Shown here: one piece after another, positions 24,290 through 34,400 of the stretch
How positions within the stretch are numbered: the stretch's first letter is position 1
Layout: each line of letters opens with the position of its first letter
Assembly (NCBI GenBank): GCA_944384585.1
Contig: CALWTY010000002.1
Span: 27,541 to 91,540 of the forward strand
Length of the DNA: 64,000 nt
Direction of reading: 5' to 3'
From: an uncultured Clostridia bacterium
GTDB lineage: Bacteria > Bacillota > Clostridia > Oscillospirales > CAG-272
Made by a program: the position numbers and the translations under genes
The notes under the pieces: model-generated
The model's database searches: none
Seen by the model: only the letters and a program-made list of their open reading frames with translations
Told to the model about the DNA's origin: nothing

Positions 24290-27200
24290 ATGCAAAAGTC
24301 ACCTTTCAGAAAGCTTTTGGCCGGATTCCTTGCTTCCCTGATGCTCGTCGGCACGCTGTCGGCCCTTCCCGTTTTTGCGGCGGAGGAGGACGGCGGCTCC
24401 GATTCCGGCTCCGGTACGACCGGATCGGGGAGCAGCGCGGGAAGCGATGAGACCGAGATCGAATTCCATGACGATCTTGCGGGCGGCGACGCCGGCAATC
24501 CCTACACGGAATATCTCGGACGTCATCCGGCTGACAAAGCGGAAGAGAGCATTGTGATCGACGCCGTCGATTACGACAGCGCCAATACCACCGCCAAGGT
24601 CGAGGTGCTCGAGAATTATGAGGGCGCGGGGCAAGCGCTCTATACCCCTCAGGCCGGCATCACGTCGTGGAAGATCAACGTGCCGAAGGACGCCTATTAT
24701 GCCATCCGGATCACCTATTTCCCCGTGACCGAGCATAAGGGCGAGGAGGTCACCACCTACACGACCATCGAGAGAACGCTCTATATCGACGGGCGTATCC
24801 CCTTCTCGGAGGCCAGCTACTTCTATTTCCCGAGAACCTGGGAGTATCAGGAGTGCGAGCTGGATGAGAACGGCAACTACATCTTCCCGGTCGACGCGAG
24901 CGGAAACGACGTCCGTCCGATCCGCTACGAAAAGCCGACATGGCAGACCTATTATCTGCGCGACTGGCTGGGCTACACGATGGAACCGTTCCAGTTCTAC
25001 TTCAGCGAGGGCGAGCATGTTCTTTCCTTCGCCGGCTCCCGCGAGCCTGTCGTCATCACACAGATCGAGCTTTATCCCTACGAGGAGGAGCCGACCTATG
25101 AGGAGTTCCTTGCGCAGAAGCGTGAGGAGGGTGTGAAGGTGATCGACAAGCTGGGCGACAAGATCATCAAGATCCAGGCGGAATGTCCCGTTCTGGTCTC
25201 CAATGCCTGCCTCTATCCGATTAACGACAGAACCTCTTCTCTGACCGAGCCGCAGGATCCCCAGAAGATCAAGTTCAACATCGTCAACAGCACCACCGTC
25301 AATCAGTGGATGCAGTACAAGGTGACGGTGCCGGAGGAGGGGCTTTACACCATTGCCATCCGCTTCCGTCAGAATGACCTGATCGGTATGTTTACCTCCC
25401 GGCGGATCCTCATCAACGGCGAGCTTCAGTTCAAGGAAGCAAGCACCATCCGCTTCAAGTATAATTCCGGCTGGCAGTCCGCTGTCGCCAACAACGGCGC
25501 GCAGAACTTTACCTTCTATTTAAAGGAAGGCGAAAACACCATCACCTTCGAGACGGTGCTCGGCGATATGACCGATTATGTCTATCGTGTGGAGCAGCTG
25601 ATCGAAAACCTCAACATCGCCTACAAGCAGATGCTTCAGCTGACCGGCCCGACGCCTGACGCCTACCGTGATTACGGCTTCAACCGTCTGGTGCCCGATG
25701 CCATTCAGACCATCCGCGATGCGGCTGTCGAGCTGTATCAGATCGCAGACGAGCTGGAAGAGGTTACCGGCGAGCTGGGCGACCAGGTCGCGACGCTGAA
25801 CACCATCGGCATCCTCTTCGAGAAGATGGGGAAGGACGAGTACGACATCGCGCCGAACTTCGTTACCTTCAAGAACTACATCATCGCGCTCAGTAACTGG
25901 CTCTATGCCTCCCTGAACCAGCCGCTGAAGATCGACTACTTCACGGTGCAGGGCACGGAGGATCCGCTTCCGAGATCAAAGGCGAACTTCTTCGAGACGA
26001 TCGGTTTTGAGATCAAGGCCTTCATCGGCAGCTTCTACATGGATTACACCACCGTCGATTTCCAGAGCAACAAGGAGTACAGCGAGGACGAGATCGTCGA
26101 GATGTGGATCACCAGTGCGCTCGGACGTGACGACGCGCTGATCACCCGTAACCTCGTCGACACCTACTTTACGCCGGATTCCGGTATCACCGTCAGAATG
26201 AAGGTCATTACCACCGGTCTGACGGAAGCGATCCTCGCCGGCATCGGCCCCGATATCGCTTCCATGACGTCGGTCGACACCATCACCTGGGGCTTGCGAA
26301 ACGCCGTTGAGGCGCTCGATGAATTCGACGGCTTCGATGAGGTCATGTCATGGATGGACGAGGCGGCGGTCACGCCTCTGCAGATGACCGACGCACGCGG
26401 CGAATTCCATACCTACGGACTGCCGCAGACGCTCGACTTCTATATGATGTTCTACCGCGCCGATGTGCTGGAGGACGTCGGAGTTGACGTTCCCGATACC
26501 TGGCAGGATCTGAAGGATATCCTTCCCGCTCTGCAGACCTCCGACTACGAGATCGGAATGCCCGGTACCCTTACCGGAACCTCGGTCAGCGTCGAAAGCC
26601 TGGAGGGACTGAAGATCTTCCTCTATCAGATGGGCGGCCAGCTCTACAATGACGGCGGCTATTCCATCGCGCTGGATCAGAACGTGGCGCTTGATGCCTT
26701 CGAGGACTTCACCAATATGTTCTCGCAGTACAAGTGCGCGGTGCAGTACGACCTGACTCGCTTCAGAACCGGTGAGATCCCGATCTATTTCGGTGCAGCC
26801 GTTACCACCTACAACCTGCTGATGTCCTATTATGACATCCGCGGCCTCTGGAAGATGGCGCCGCTGCCCGGCGTGGAGACGGAGGAGGGCATCATCAACC
26901 GTACCTCTCACGTCACCGTTACCGCCCTTGTGATTCCGAGAGGCGCGCAGAATCCTGCCGCTACCTGGGAGTACATGAAGTGGACGGTATCCCCCGAGAC
27001 CCAGAGACGTCTTGCCAAGGAAAGACTGGCGGTCAACGCAAACCCGACCACCAAGTACAACTCCCCGACCAAGGAAGCGCTGCTCGGTCAGGCCTGGACT
27101 TCCGAGGAATACGAGGCAATTGCGACCCAGGCGGAAAACCTGGTCGGTATCCCCGAGTATCCCGGCAACTACATTGTCAAGACCTACGTCAACAGTGCCT

Positions 27201-27376
27201 TCCTGCAGTCGTATACCTACTCCTCCGACGCGTCCGATGAGCTGCTGGACAGAATCCTTTATATAAATAAGGAAATTTCCCGCAAGCGCGACGACTTCAA
27301 GATGGATTACTTCGACGCCTCGACCGGCGAATACATTCCGGGACGGTATATAGACGAACCGATCTATACCAAATGA
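24290..27376 (+). CDS. giant extracellular solute-binding protein (family-1 SBP domain preceded by two beta-sandwich, CBM-like modules)
   Basis: A signal peptide ...LSALPVFAAEED and a G/S linker are followed by two similar ~130-aa modules (WKINVPKDAYYAIRITYFP... and WMQYKVTVPEEGLYTIAIRFRQ...). Next comes a helical region, then the SBP core (EMWITSALGRDDAL...GPDIASMT...LPQTLDFYMMFYRADVLEDVGVDVPDTWQDLKDILPAL). Confidence 0.85.
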   Translation: MQKSPFRKLLAGFLASLMLVGTLSALPVFAAEEDGGSDSGSGTTGSGSSAGSDETEIEFHDDLAGGDAGNPYTEYLGRHPADKAEESIVIDAVDYDSANTTAKVEVLENYEGAGQALYTPQAGITSWKINVPKDAYYAIRITYFPVTEHKGEEVTTYTTIERTLYIDGRIPFSEASYFYFPRTWEYQECELDENGNYIFPVDASGNDVRPIRYEKPTWQTYYLRDWLGYTMEPFQFYFSEGEHVLSFAGSREPVVITQIELYPYEEEPTYEEFLAQKREEGVKVIDKLGDKIIKIQAECPVLVSNACLYPINDRTSSLTEPQDPQKIKFNIVNSTTVNQWMQYKVTVPEEGLYTIAIRFRQNDLIGMFTSRRILINGELQFKEASTIRFKYNSGWQSAVANNGAQNFTFYLKEGENTITFETVLGDMTDYVYRVEQLIENLNIAYKQMLQLTGPTPDAYRDYGFNRLVPDAIQTIRDAAVELYQIADELEEVTGELGDQVATLNTIGILFEKMGKDEYDIAPNFVTFKNYIIALSNWLYASLNQPLKIDYFTVQGTEDPLPRSKANFFETIGFEIKAFIGSFYMDYTTVDFQSNKEYSEDEIVEMWITSALGRDDALITRNLVDTYFTPDSGITVRMKVITTGLTEAILAGIGPDIASMTSVDTITWGLRNAVEALDEFDGFDEVMSWMDEAAVTPLQMTDARGEFHTYGLPQTLDFYMMFYRADVLEDVGVDVPDTWQDLKDILPALQTSDYEIGMPGTLTGTSVSVESLEGLKIFLYQMGGQLYNDGGYSIALDQNVALDAFEDFTNMFSQYKCAVQYDLTRFRTGEIPIYFGAAVTTYNLLMSYYDIRGLWKMAPLPGVETEEGIINRTSHVTVTALVIPRGAQNPAATWEYMKWTVSPETQRRLAKERLAVNANPTTKYNSPTKEALLGQAWTSEEYEAIATQAENLVGIPEYPGNYIVKTYVNSAFLQSYTYSSDASDELLDRILYINKEISRKRDDFKMDYFDASTGEYIPGRYIDEPIYTK

Positions 27377-27414
27377 TTCGTCTGCCCATTACATCATAAA
27401 AGGAGATAATTCAA

Positions 27415-28377
27415 ATGACAAATGCAGAAGCCCAAAAAGATGTATTGCCGCAGAATGAACGTCAGAACAAGCCGATGACCAAAGCCAGATATACCCGCAT
27501 CCAGATGAAGCGCAACTGGCAGGGCTATGTGATGGTTGCCCCCTTCCTGCTCCTGTTCTTTGCCTTCACCGTGGTGCCGGTCGTGCTTTCGATTCTGCTC
27601 AGCTTTACCTCTTTCAATATGCTGGAATTCCCGGAATTGAAGGGCCTTGCCAACTACGTTCAGCTCTTCCTTGCCGACGATCTCTTCATCACCGCTTTCT
27701 CCAACACGATCATGTTCGCCATCACGACGGGCCCGGCCTCCTTCATCCTCTCCTTCGTCGTTGCATGGTTCATCAATGAGCTTTCTCCGAGGATGAGAGC
27801 GCTGGTCACCATCATCTTCTACGCTCCTTCCATCTCCGGAACGGCGTACACCGTCTTTGCGATCTTCTTCCAGGGTGACATCTACGGCTACGTCAACGGG
27901 TGGCTGCTCCGAATGGGTCTGATCAACGAGGCGATCCCCTTCTTCAAAGATACCCGGTACATTGTGCCGCTCTGTATCGTGGTCGCTCTCTGGACCTCCC
28001 TCGGAACCGGCTTCCTCTCGAACATCGCCGGTCTTCAGGGCGTCGATCACTCGCTGTATGAGGCGGGCGCGATCGACGGCGTCAAGAACCGGTGGCAGGA
28101 AGCGTGGTACATCACCCTTCCGCAGATGCGCTCGATCCTTCTGTTCGGTGCTGTCATGTCGATCACCCAGGCCTTCGGCTTCGGCGCGATCGTCAACACC
28201 CTCTGCGGAAATCCGTCGACCGACTATGTGGCGTGGACGCTGCAGCATCATCTGACGGAGTATATGACGGTTCGTTTTGAGTACGGCTACGCCTCCGCTA
28301 TCGCGGTCGTCCTCTTCTTCATCATGATGGCGGCGAATCTGCTGGTGCAGAAATTCCTCTCAAAGGTGGGACAGTGA
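27415..28377 (+). CDS. carbohydrate ABC transporter permease (MalF/UgpA-like), pair 1
   Basis: Six TM helices and the EAA loop YEAGAIDGVKNRWQEAWYITLPQMRSILLF. AAAGGAG RBS. Confidence 0.9.
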   Translation: MTNAEAQKDVLPQNERQNKPMTKARYTRIQMKRNWQGYVMVAPFLLLFFAFTVVPVVLSILLSFTSFNMLEFPELKGLANYVQLFLADDLFITAFSNTIMFAITTGPASFILSFVVAWFINELSPRMRALVTIIFYAPSISGTAYTVFAIFFQGDIYGYVNGWLLRMGLINEAIPFFKDTRYIVPLCIVVALWTSLGTGFLSNIAGLQGVDHSLYEAGAIDGVKNRWQEAWYITLPQMRSILLFGAVMSITQAFGFGAIVNTLCGNPSTDYVAWTLQHHLTEYMTVRFEYGYASAIAVVLFFIMMAANLLVQKFLSKVGQ

Positions 28378-28378
28378 C

Positions 28379-29245
28379 ATGGCAAAACGACTTAGAATCA
28401 GAAACCACAGAGTTGTCCTCAACCGTTCCAAAGGCGGAGACACCGGCATCACGATTCTGCTGTTCATCCTCGGGATCTTTATGTTCCTCCCGATGTGGTA
28501 TCTGATCATCACGGCTTTCAAGCCGCTCGGCGAACGGAACATCACCCCTCCGCTTCTTTATGTAATCAAACCGACCCTTCAGAACTTCATCGACCTGTTC
28601 TCCAACATGAACAGCACATGGGTTCCGATCTCCCGTTACATCTTCAATACGGTCATCATCTCAGTGGCTGCCACCTTCGGCTGCCTTGTGCTGGGATCGC
28701 TTACCGCCTATTCCCTCTCCAAGATCAAGTTCCCCGGACGGAACTGGATGTTCAGCGTGATCCGGTACTCGCTGATGATCAGCAGTACCATCACAGGTAT
28801 TACCAACTTCTTCATCTTCGTGTGGCTGGGCTGGCTCAATACCTACTGGATCTCCATCGTTCCGGTGTGGGCTTCCACCCTCGGACTCTATCTGATGAAG
28901 CAGTTCATCGATGCCAGCGTCTCCGACGAGATGATCGAGGCGGCGCGGATCGACGGTGCGGGAGAGCTTCGGATCTATTGGCAGATCGTCATGCCGCTGG
29001 TCAAGCCGGCGTGGCTGACGCTGCTCGTTACGACCTTCCAGACCGTCTGGAATGCCGGTGCTTCGGTTTATGTCTGGAGTGAACAGCTCAAGACCTTCAA
29101 CTCCGCCATTACCACCATCAGCACCGTCAGCGTCGGCGCAAGCTCGGCAGGCTCCCTTGTCATGCTGAGCGTCCCGGTCATTATCTTCATCATCAACCAG
29201 GCCAAGATCGTGGAGACGATGGGATCGTCGGGTATGAAGGACTAA
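28379..29245 (+). CDS. carbohydrate ABC transporter permease (MalG/UgpE-like), pair 1
   Basis: EAA loop IEAARIDGAGELRIYWQIVMPLVKPAWLTLLV. The start lies 2 nt after the preceding stop. Confidence 0.9.
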   Translation: MAKRLRIRNHRVVLNRSKGGDTGITILLFILGIFMFLPMWYLIITAFKPLGERNITPPLLYVIKPTLQNFIDLFSNMNSTWVPISRYIFNTVIISVAATFGCLVLGSLTAYSLSKIKFPGRNWMFSVIRYSLMISSTITGITNFFIFVWLGWLNTYWISIVPVWASTLGLYLMKQFIDASVSDEMIEAARIDGAGELRIYWQIVMPLVKPAWLTLLVTTFQTVWNAGASVYVWSEQLKTFNSAITTISTVSVGASSAGSLVMLSVPVIIFIINQAKIVETMGSSGMKD

Positions 29246-29257
29246 AGGAGGAAAGCA

Positions 29258-31390
29258 ATGAAAAAGAGATTTGTCAGAATTCTTGCCGTTGTGTCCTGCA
29301 TCCTGATGCTCCTGCCTCTCTCTGCATCGGCCATAGCGTATGTGACCTACACCTATTCGATCGACGGGGAACAGCTTGCTTCGCCGCACGCCTATACCCC
29401 TGTCATGCAGATCGACTCGAAGTATATGAACCTCCCCAACGGGGAATCGCTCAATTCCCCCAGCGATATGGTCGTGGACAGCAAGGGCAATGTCTATATT
29501 GCCGATTCCGCCAACCACTGCATCTATGCGCTGGACCGCAGCTTCAAGTTCCGCTTCAAGATCAGCACCTTCATCAACAGCGAGGGAATCGATGACTCCC
29601 TCAACGGCTGCAAGGGCTGCTTCGTCACCGACAAGTATATCTATGTTGCCGATACCGACAACAACCGGATCGTCATCTTCGACCTCGAAGGGAACTATGT
29701 GAGACATCTTGATGAGCCGGAGGCGGATATCTTTGAGGATAACGCCATCTATAAGCCGATCGCTCTTGCGGTCGACGCGACGGAGCGAATCTATGTTGTC
29801 TCCTCCACCACCTATCAGGGAATCATTTCCCTCGATGAGGACGGTGTGTTCCAGTCCTATGTCGGCGCACAGCAGGTTTCCTACGATATCTGGGATATCT
29901 TCTGGAGACAGTTCCAGACCGCCAAGCAGAGACAGCTTTCCACGAAGCTGGTCTCGACGGAGTACAACAATATCACAATCGACAGCACCGGCTTCATCTA
30001 TGTGACGACCTCCTCCATCAAGGAAAGCGATCAGCAAGGGGCCATCACCTCCAAGGCCGGCACCTACGCCCCCGTCAAGAAGTTCAACGCCTCAGGACGC
30101 GATATCCTCGGACGCAACGGCTTCTTCGGACCCGGCGGCGAGGTCGTTGTCAACAACGACCCCGTCAAGAGCTCGATCACCGGTCCTTCCAAGATCATTG
30201 ACGTCGCGCTCGGGCCGGCGGGCAGCTGGTCGATCATCGACGAAAAGCGCTCCAAGGTCTATACCTACGATCAGTACGGTCAGCTCCTCTTCATCTTCGG
30301 TGATATGGGCTCGATGCTCGGCAACATCCAGAAGATGTCTGCCATCGCCTACCATGGGAACGACATCCTGATCATGGACTCCACCGCCAAGAGCATCACC
30401 CAGTATACCAGAACCGACTACGGCGACACCCTGATCACCGCTCTTCAGAACGAGATCGATCGGAACTATGACGCCGCCGTTGAGGATTATCAGAGCATCC
30501 TTCAGAGAAACAGCAACTTCGACGCCGCCTATATCGGAATCGGCAAGGCACTGTACCGGCAGGGCGACTACGAGGAAGCGATGAAGATGTTCAGCAGCGC
30601 CTATGAGACCGCCAACTACTCAAACGCCTTCAAGATGCAGCGGCAGCAGTGGGCGAACAAGTACTTCATCGTGATCCCGATCGTGGTAGTGGTCTTCCTG
30701 CTGGCTCTGGTCAAGTTCTTCGGATATGCGAACAAGGTGAACAAGACCGTCACCACCTCGAGCGGACCGAGAACCTTCAAGCAGGAGGTCATGTACGCCT
30801 TCCATCTCATATTCCATCCCTTCGACGGATTCTGGGATCTGAAGCATGAGAAGCGCGGATCGGTGCGTGCCGCCGTCTTCTACCTCGTTCTCGCACTGGT
30901 CGCCGTCTGCTACAACTCGGTCGGACGATCCTATATCTTCAATCCTCGCGCCAGCTATGCCAGCATGTTCATGACCTGTATCTCGCTTCTTGTGCCGGTC
31001 GCGCTTGTGGTGGCTGCCAACTGGTGTCTGACAACCCTCTTTGACGGGGAAGGAAGTATCAAGGATATCTTCATCGCCGTCTGTTATTCCCTCGTTCCGC
31101 TGATTCTGTTTATGATCCCGGCCACCGCGATCACAAACGTCCTGACGCTTTCCGAGGCGAGCATCTACAATATGCTGATCACCCTCGGCTGGGTGTGGGT
31201 CGGAATCCTGTTCTTCTTCGGAACGATGGTGACACACGACTATTCCCTGCTCAAAAACGTGATCACTACGATCGGAACGATTGTCGGTATGGCGTTCATC
31301 ATGTTCTGCGGCGTGCTGTTCTCGACGCTGCTTGTCAAGATCGTCAACTTTGTATCCGGAATAGTCACGGAAATTTCGTATCGGATGTAA
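29258..31390 (+). CDS. secreted NHL-repeat beta-propeller / TPR / C-terminal Yip1-type 5-TM membrane protein
   Basis: After the signal peptide come repeated NHL-like blades (PSDMVVDSKGNVYIADSANHCIYALD, CFVTDKYIYVADTDNNRIVIFD, PIALAVDATERIYVV...). These are followed by a TPR-like helix pair (NYDAAVEDYQSILQRNSNFDAAYIGIGKALYRQGDYEEAMKMF) and then five hydrophobic helices, as in Yip1-domain proteins. Confidence 0.75.
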   Translation: MKKRFVRILAVVSCILMLLPLSASAIAYVTYTYSIDGEQLASPHAYTPVMQIDSKYMNLPNGESLNSPSDMVVDSKGNVYIADSANHCIYALDRSFKFRFKISTFINSEGIDDSLNGCKGCFVTDKYIYVADTDNNRIVIFDLEGNYVRHLDEPEADIFEDNAIYKPIALAVDATERIYVVSSTTYQGIISLDEDGVFQSYVGAQQVSYDIWDIFWRQFQTAKQRQLSTKLVSTEYNNITIDSTGFIYVTTSSIKESDQQGAITSKAGTYAPVKKFNASGRDILGRNGFFGPGGEVVVNNDPVKSSITGPSKIIDVALGPAGSWSIIDEKRSKVYTYDQYGQLLFIFGDMGSMLGNIQKMSAIAYHGNDILIMDSTAKSITQYTRTDYGDTLITALQNEIDRNYDAAVEDYQSILQRNSNFDAAYIGIGKALYRQGDYEEAMKMFSSAYETANYSNAFKMQRQQWANKYFIVIPIVVVVFLLALVKFFGYANKVNKTVTTSSGPRTFKQEVMYAFHLIFHPFDGFWDLKHEKRGSVRAAVFYLVLALVAVCYNSVGRSYIFNPRASYASMFMTCISLLVPVALVVAANWCLTTLFDGEGSIKDIFIAVCYSLVPLILFMIPATAITNVLTLSEASIYNMLITLGWVWVGILFFFGTMVTHDYSLLKNVITTIGTIVGMAFIMFCGVLFSTLLVKIVNFVSGIVTEISYRM

Positions 31391-31414
31391 ACCGTAAGAT
31401 AGGAGAAGATAGAA

Positions 31415-34400
31415 ATGTCATTCAAAAACAAATTTTTATCGGCGCTTATGGTTTTCTGTATGATCTTCGGTATGCTTGCCGGACTCTCCATTTTCCCCGT
31501 TTTCGCCGCGGATGAGGCGGAAAGCGAGGGGGACGGAGAAAAGGAAACGATCGATTATCTGAACGATGCCTTTGAATCGAAGGAAGATAAGCTCGCTACA
31601 ATGGAGCATATGCTGACCCGATTCGGGTATGAGCTGTACTACGAGCCTTATACCGCCGAGGTCGCCGTCAAGAATACCAAGACCGGCGACATCCTGCTCA
31701 CCAATCCCTACGATATCGGCAAGGCTGACTCGGCATCGACGGAAAACATCAAGAACCAGCTTCTCTCCCAGATCATTGTCCAGTATACCAATACCGAGGG
31801 CAACGAGCTGACTATCTACAGTTATGTGGAGGCGGCGCAGAGAGAGCAGATCAAGGTCAAGAGAATCAAAAACGGTATTCGCGTGGAATACGTCATGGGA
31901 CGTCAGGAATCCCGTCTGCTCGTGCCGCAGCGCATTGAGAAGACGCGTATGGAGGAGCTGATCTTCGCCAACATTACCGAAGAAAACCGTCTGAATAAGC
32001 TCAAGGCCTTCTACGTTCTGAAGGATCCCAACGATGAGACCCTGACAGACCAGATGGTCCAGGAAATGTACGCGACCTTCCCGATCACCGAGAAGTACGC
32101 GATCTACGTTTTCGACCCCGACGCCACCGAGCGTGAAAGAACGCAGATGGAGGCGATCATCAAGACCTTCTGCCCCGAGTACACCTACGAGGAGCTTGAA
32201 TACGACCATACGCTGGTCGAGTTCGAAAGCACCGAACGCAACCCCGTCCAGTTCCGCCTTGCGCTGGAGTATTATCTGGACGAATCCGGCCTCTCGGTCA
32301 GACTGCCCGCCAACGGCATCCGCTTTGACCAGAGCGCCTACCAGCTTTCCTACATCAGAATCCTGCCTTATATGGGAGCGGGCTCGTCGGATTTCACCGG
32401 CTATACGATGATCCCCGACGGCTCCGGCGCGCTGGTGCGCTTTGAGGATATCCTCGCCACCGGTTCTCCCCGCGTCCTTTCGGGCGCGCTGTACGGCGCC
32501 GATTACGCCTACCACACCATCAAGGGACAGAACCAGCAGGTGATGCGCCTCCCGATCTTCGGCGTCATTGAGGATACCGAGTATGTGGTCGGCGACACCT
32601 CCGCCGGCGATCCGGAGGATTCCGGCAGCGCCGGAAGCGATTCCGCGGCGGACAGCTCCTCTGATTCTGCCGCAGGATCCTCCGCGGAAAGCTCGGCTCA
32701 GACCTCGGCTGAAACCTCCGCCGATACCTCGGCGGCGGCTTCCGATGATTCTGCCGCCGTCTCCGGAAGCGATTCCGCCTCGGGAAGCGGGACCGGGACC
32801 GATACCCCTGATGAGGTCAAGACCTACAAGCGTAAATCGGGCTATGTCGCCATCATCGAAGAGGGCGACGCGCTCGCCAGCATTATCACCGACCACGGCG
32901 GAAAGGTGCAGCATAAGTACAATTCCGTCTATACCGAGTTCAATCCCAGACCGAAGGACAGCTACAACCTCGCGTCCTCGATCTCCGTCGCAGGCGATGC
33001 GACATGGACCGTCGTCTCCGAGCGGAAATATACCGGAAGCTATCGCATCCGTTATATCATGCTCAGCGATCTGACCTATGCCGCCGAGCATCCCGAGGAG
33101 AATATCGACGTCTCCTCTGCCTTTGACACCAGCTACATCGGAATGGCTCTCGCCTACCGCAATGAGCTGCTGAGAAGCGGCGCGCTCGTCAAGGCGGAGT
33201 CCGATAAGGAACAGATCCCGCTTTACATCGAAACCCTCGGCGTGATGGAGGTGCAGGAGAAATTCCTCTCGATCCCCGTCATGGTGAAACGGCCTCTGAC
33301 CTCCTTCGAGGACATCAAGACCATCACCGAGGAGCTTGGCGCGGAGGGGATCAATAACCTCGTGTATAAGCTCACAGGCTATATCAACGGCGGTATGATC
33401 AACACCCTGCCGAACCGCATCAATGTGGAAAAGGCTGCCGGAAACGACGACGGGTTGACCGATCTGCTGGCCTTCGCAGACGAGAAGGATATCGACGTCT
33501 ATCTTGATATGGACTTCTCCTATGCCAAGCACGATAAGCTCTTCGACGGCTTCAGCAAGAAGAGCCATGCCGTCAAGACCATCGATAACCGCTACACCCA
33601 GAAGAGAACCTACAGCGCAACGCTGCAGTACTTCACCGGCACCGGCCTTCTCGCCGTGTCCCCCTCGGTCTTCTCCGATATCTTCGAGGCGGCTGAGGAC
33701 GATCTGCAGAAGCTGGGCGTGAAGGGTGTCTCGCTCGGAACGATCGGTTCCGATCTCAACTCCGATTTTGACGAGGATGATCCCTACAACCGCGAAGACT
33801 CCAAGCAGAATGTGGTGAAGACCCTCGACAAGATCAGAAAAGCCGGCTACAACGTGATGATGGACGGCGGAAACGCCTATGCGGTCGCGTATGCGCAGCA
33901 CGTTCTCAACGTCGCGCTCGACAGCAGCAACTTCACCTACGCCAGCGAATCGGTTCCGATGTTCGGCCTGATTTACCACGGCTATCTTGATTTCGCCGGT
34001 TCCGCCACCAACACGGCGGGCGATATCCGTCATGAGATCCTCAAGATTCTGGAGAACGGCGCAAATCCCTACTTTATCCTGGTGTACCAGAACTCCGAGA
34101 AGCTGAAGGAAGACCCGACGCTGTCGGAATACTTCTCGATCTCCTATGAGAACTGGAAGGAAGACCTGATTGCCACCTACAAGCAGCTCAATGCGGCACT
34201 CGGCCCGGTCATGAACAGCCCGATCGTCGGTCACGATTTCGTTATCGGCGAGCGCGTCCCGACCCCCGAGGAGATCGAAGCCGATGAAGAGGCGGAGCGC
34301 CTGGAGCAGGAGGAGCAGGATCGTCTGGAAGCCGAGCAGGCTGCCGAAGAGGACCGCAAGGAAAATCTGGAGGACCATCTGGCAAGCAAGAACGAGCAGG

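Noticed and set aside
31436-34378. 980-aa minus-strand ORF opposite the 1108-aa secreted-protein gene
   Set aside because: It is an antisense shadow ORF typical of GC-rich codon usage. The composition is repetitive G/R/V/D, with no start context.
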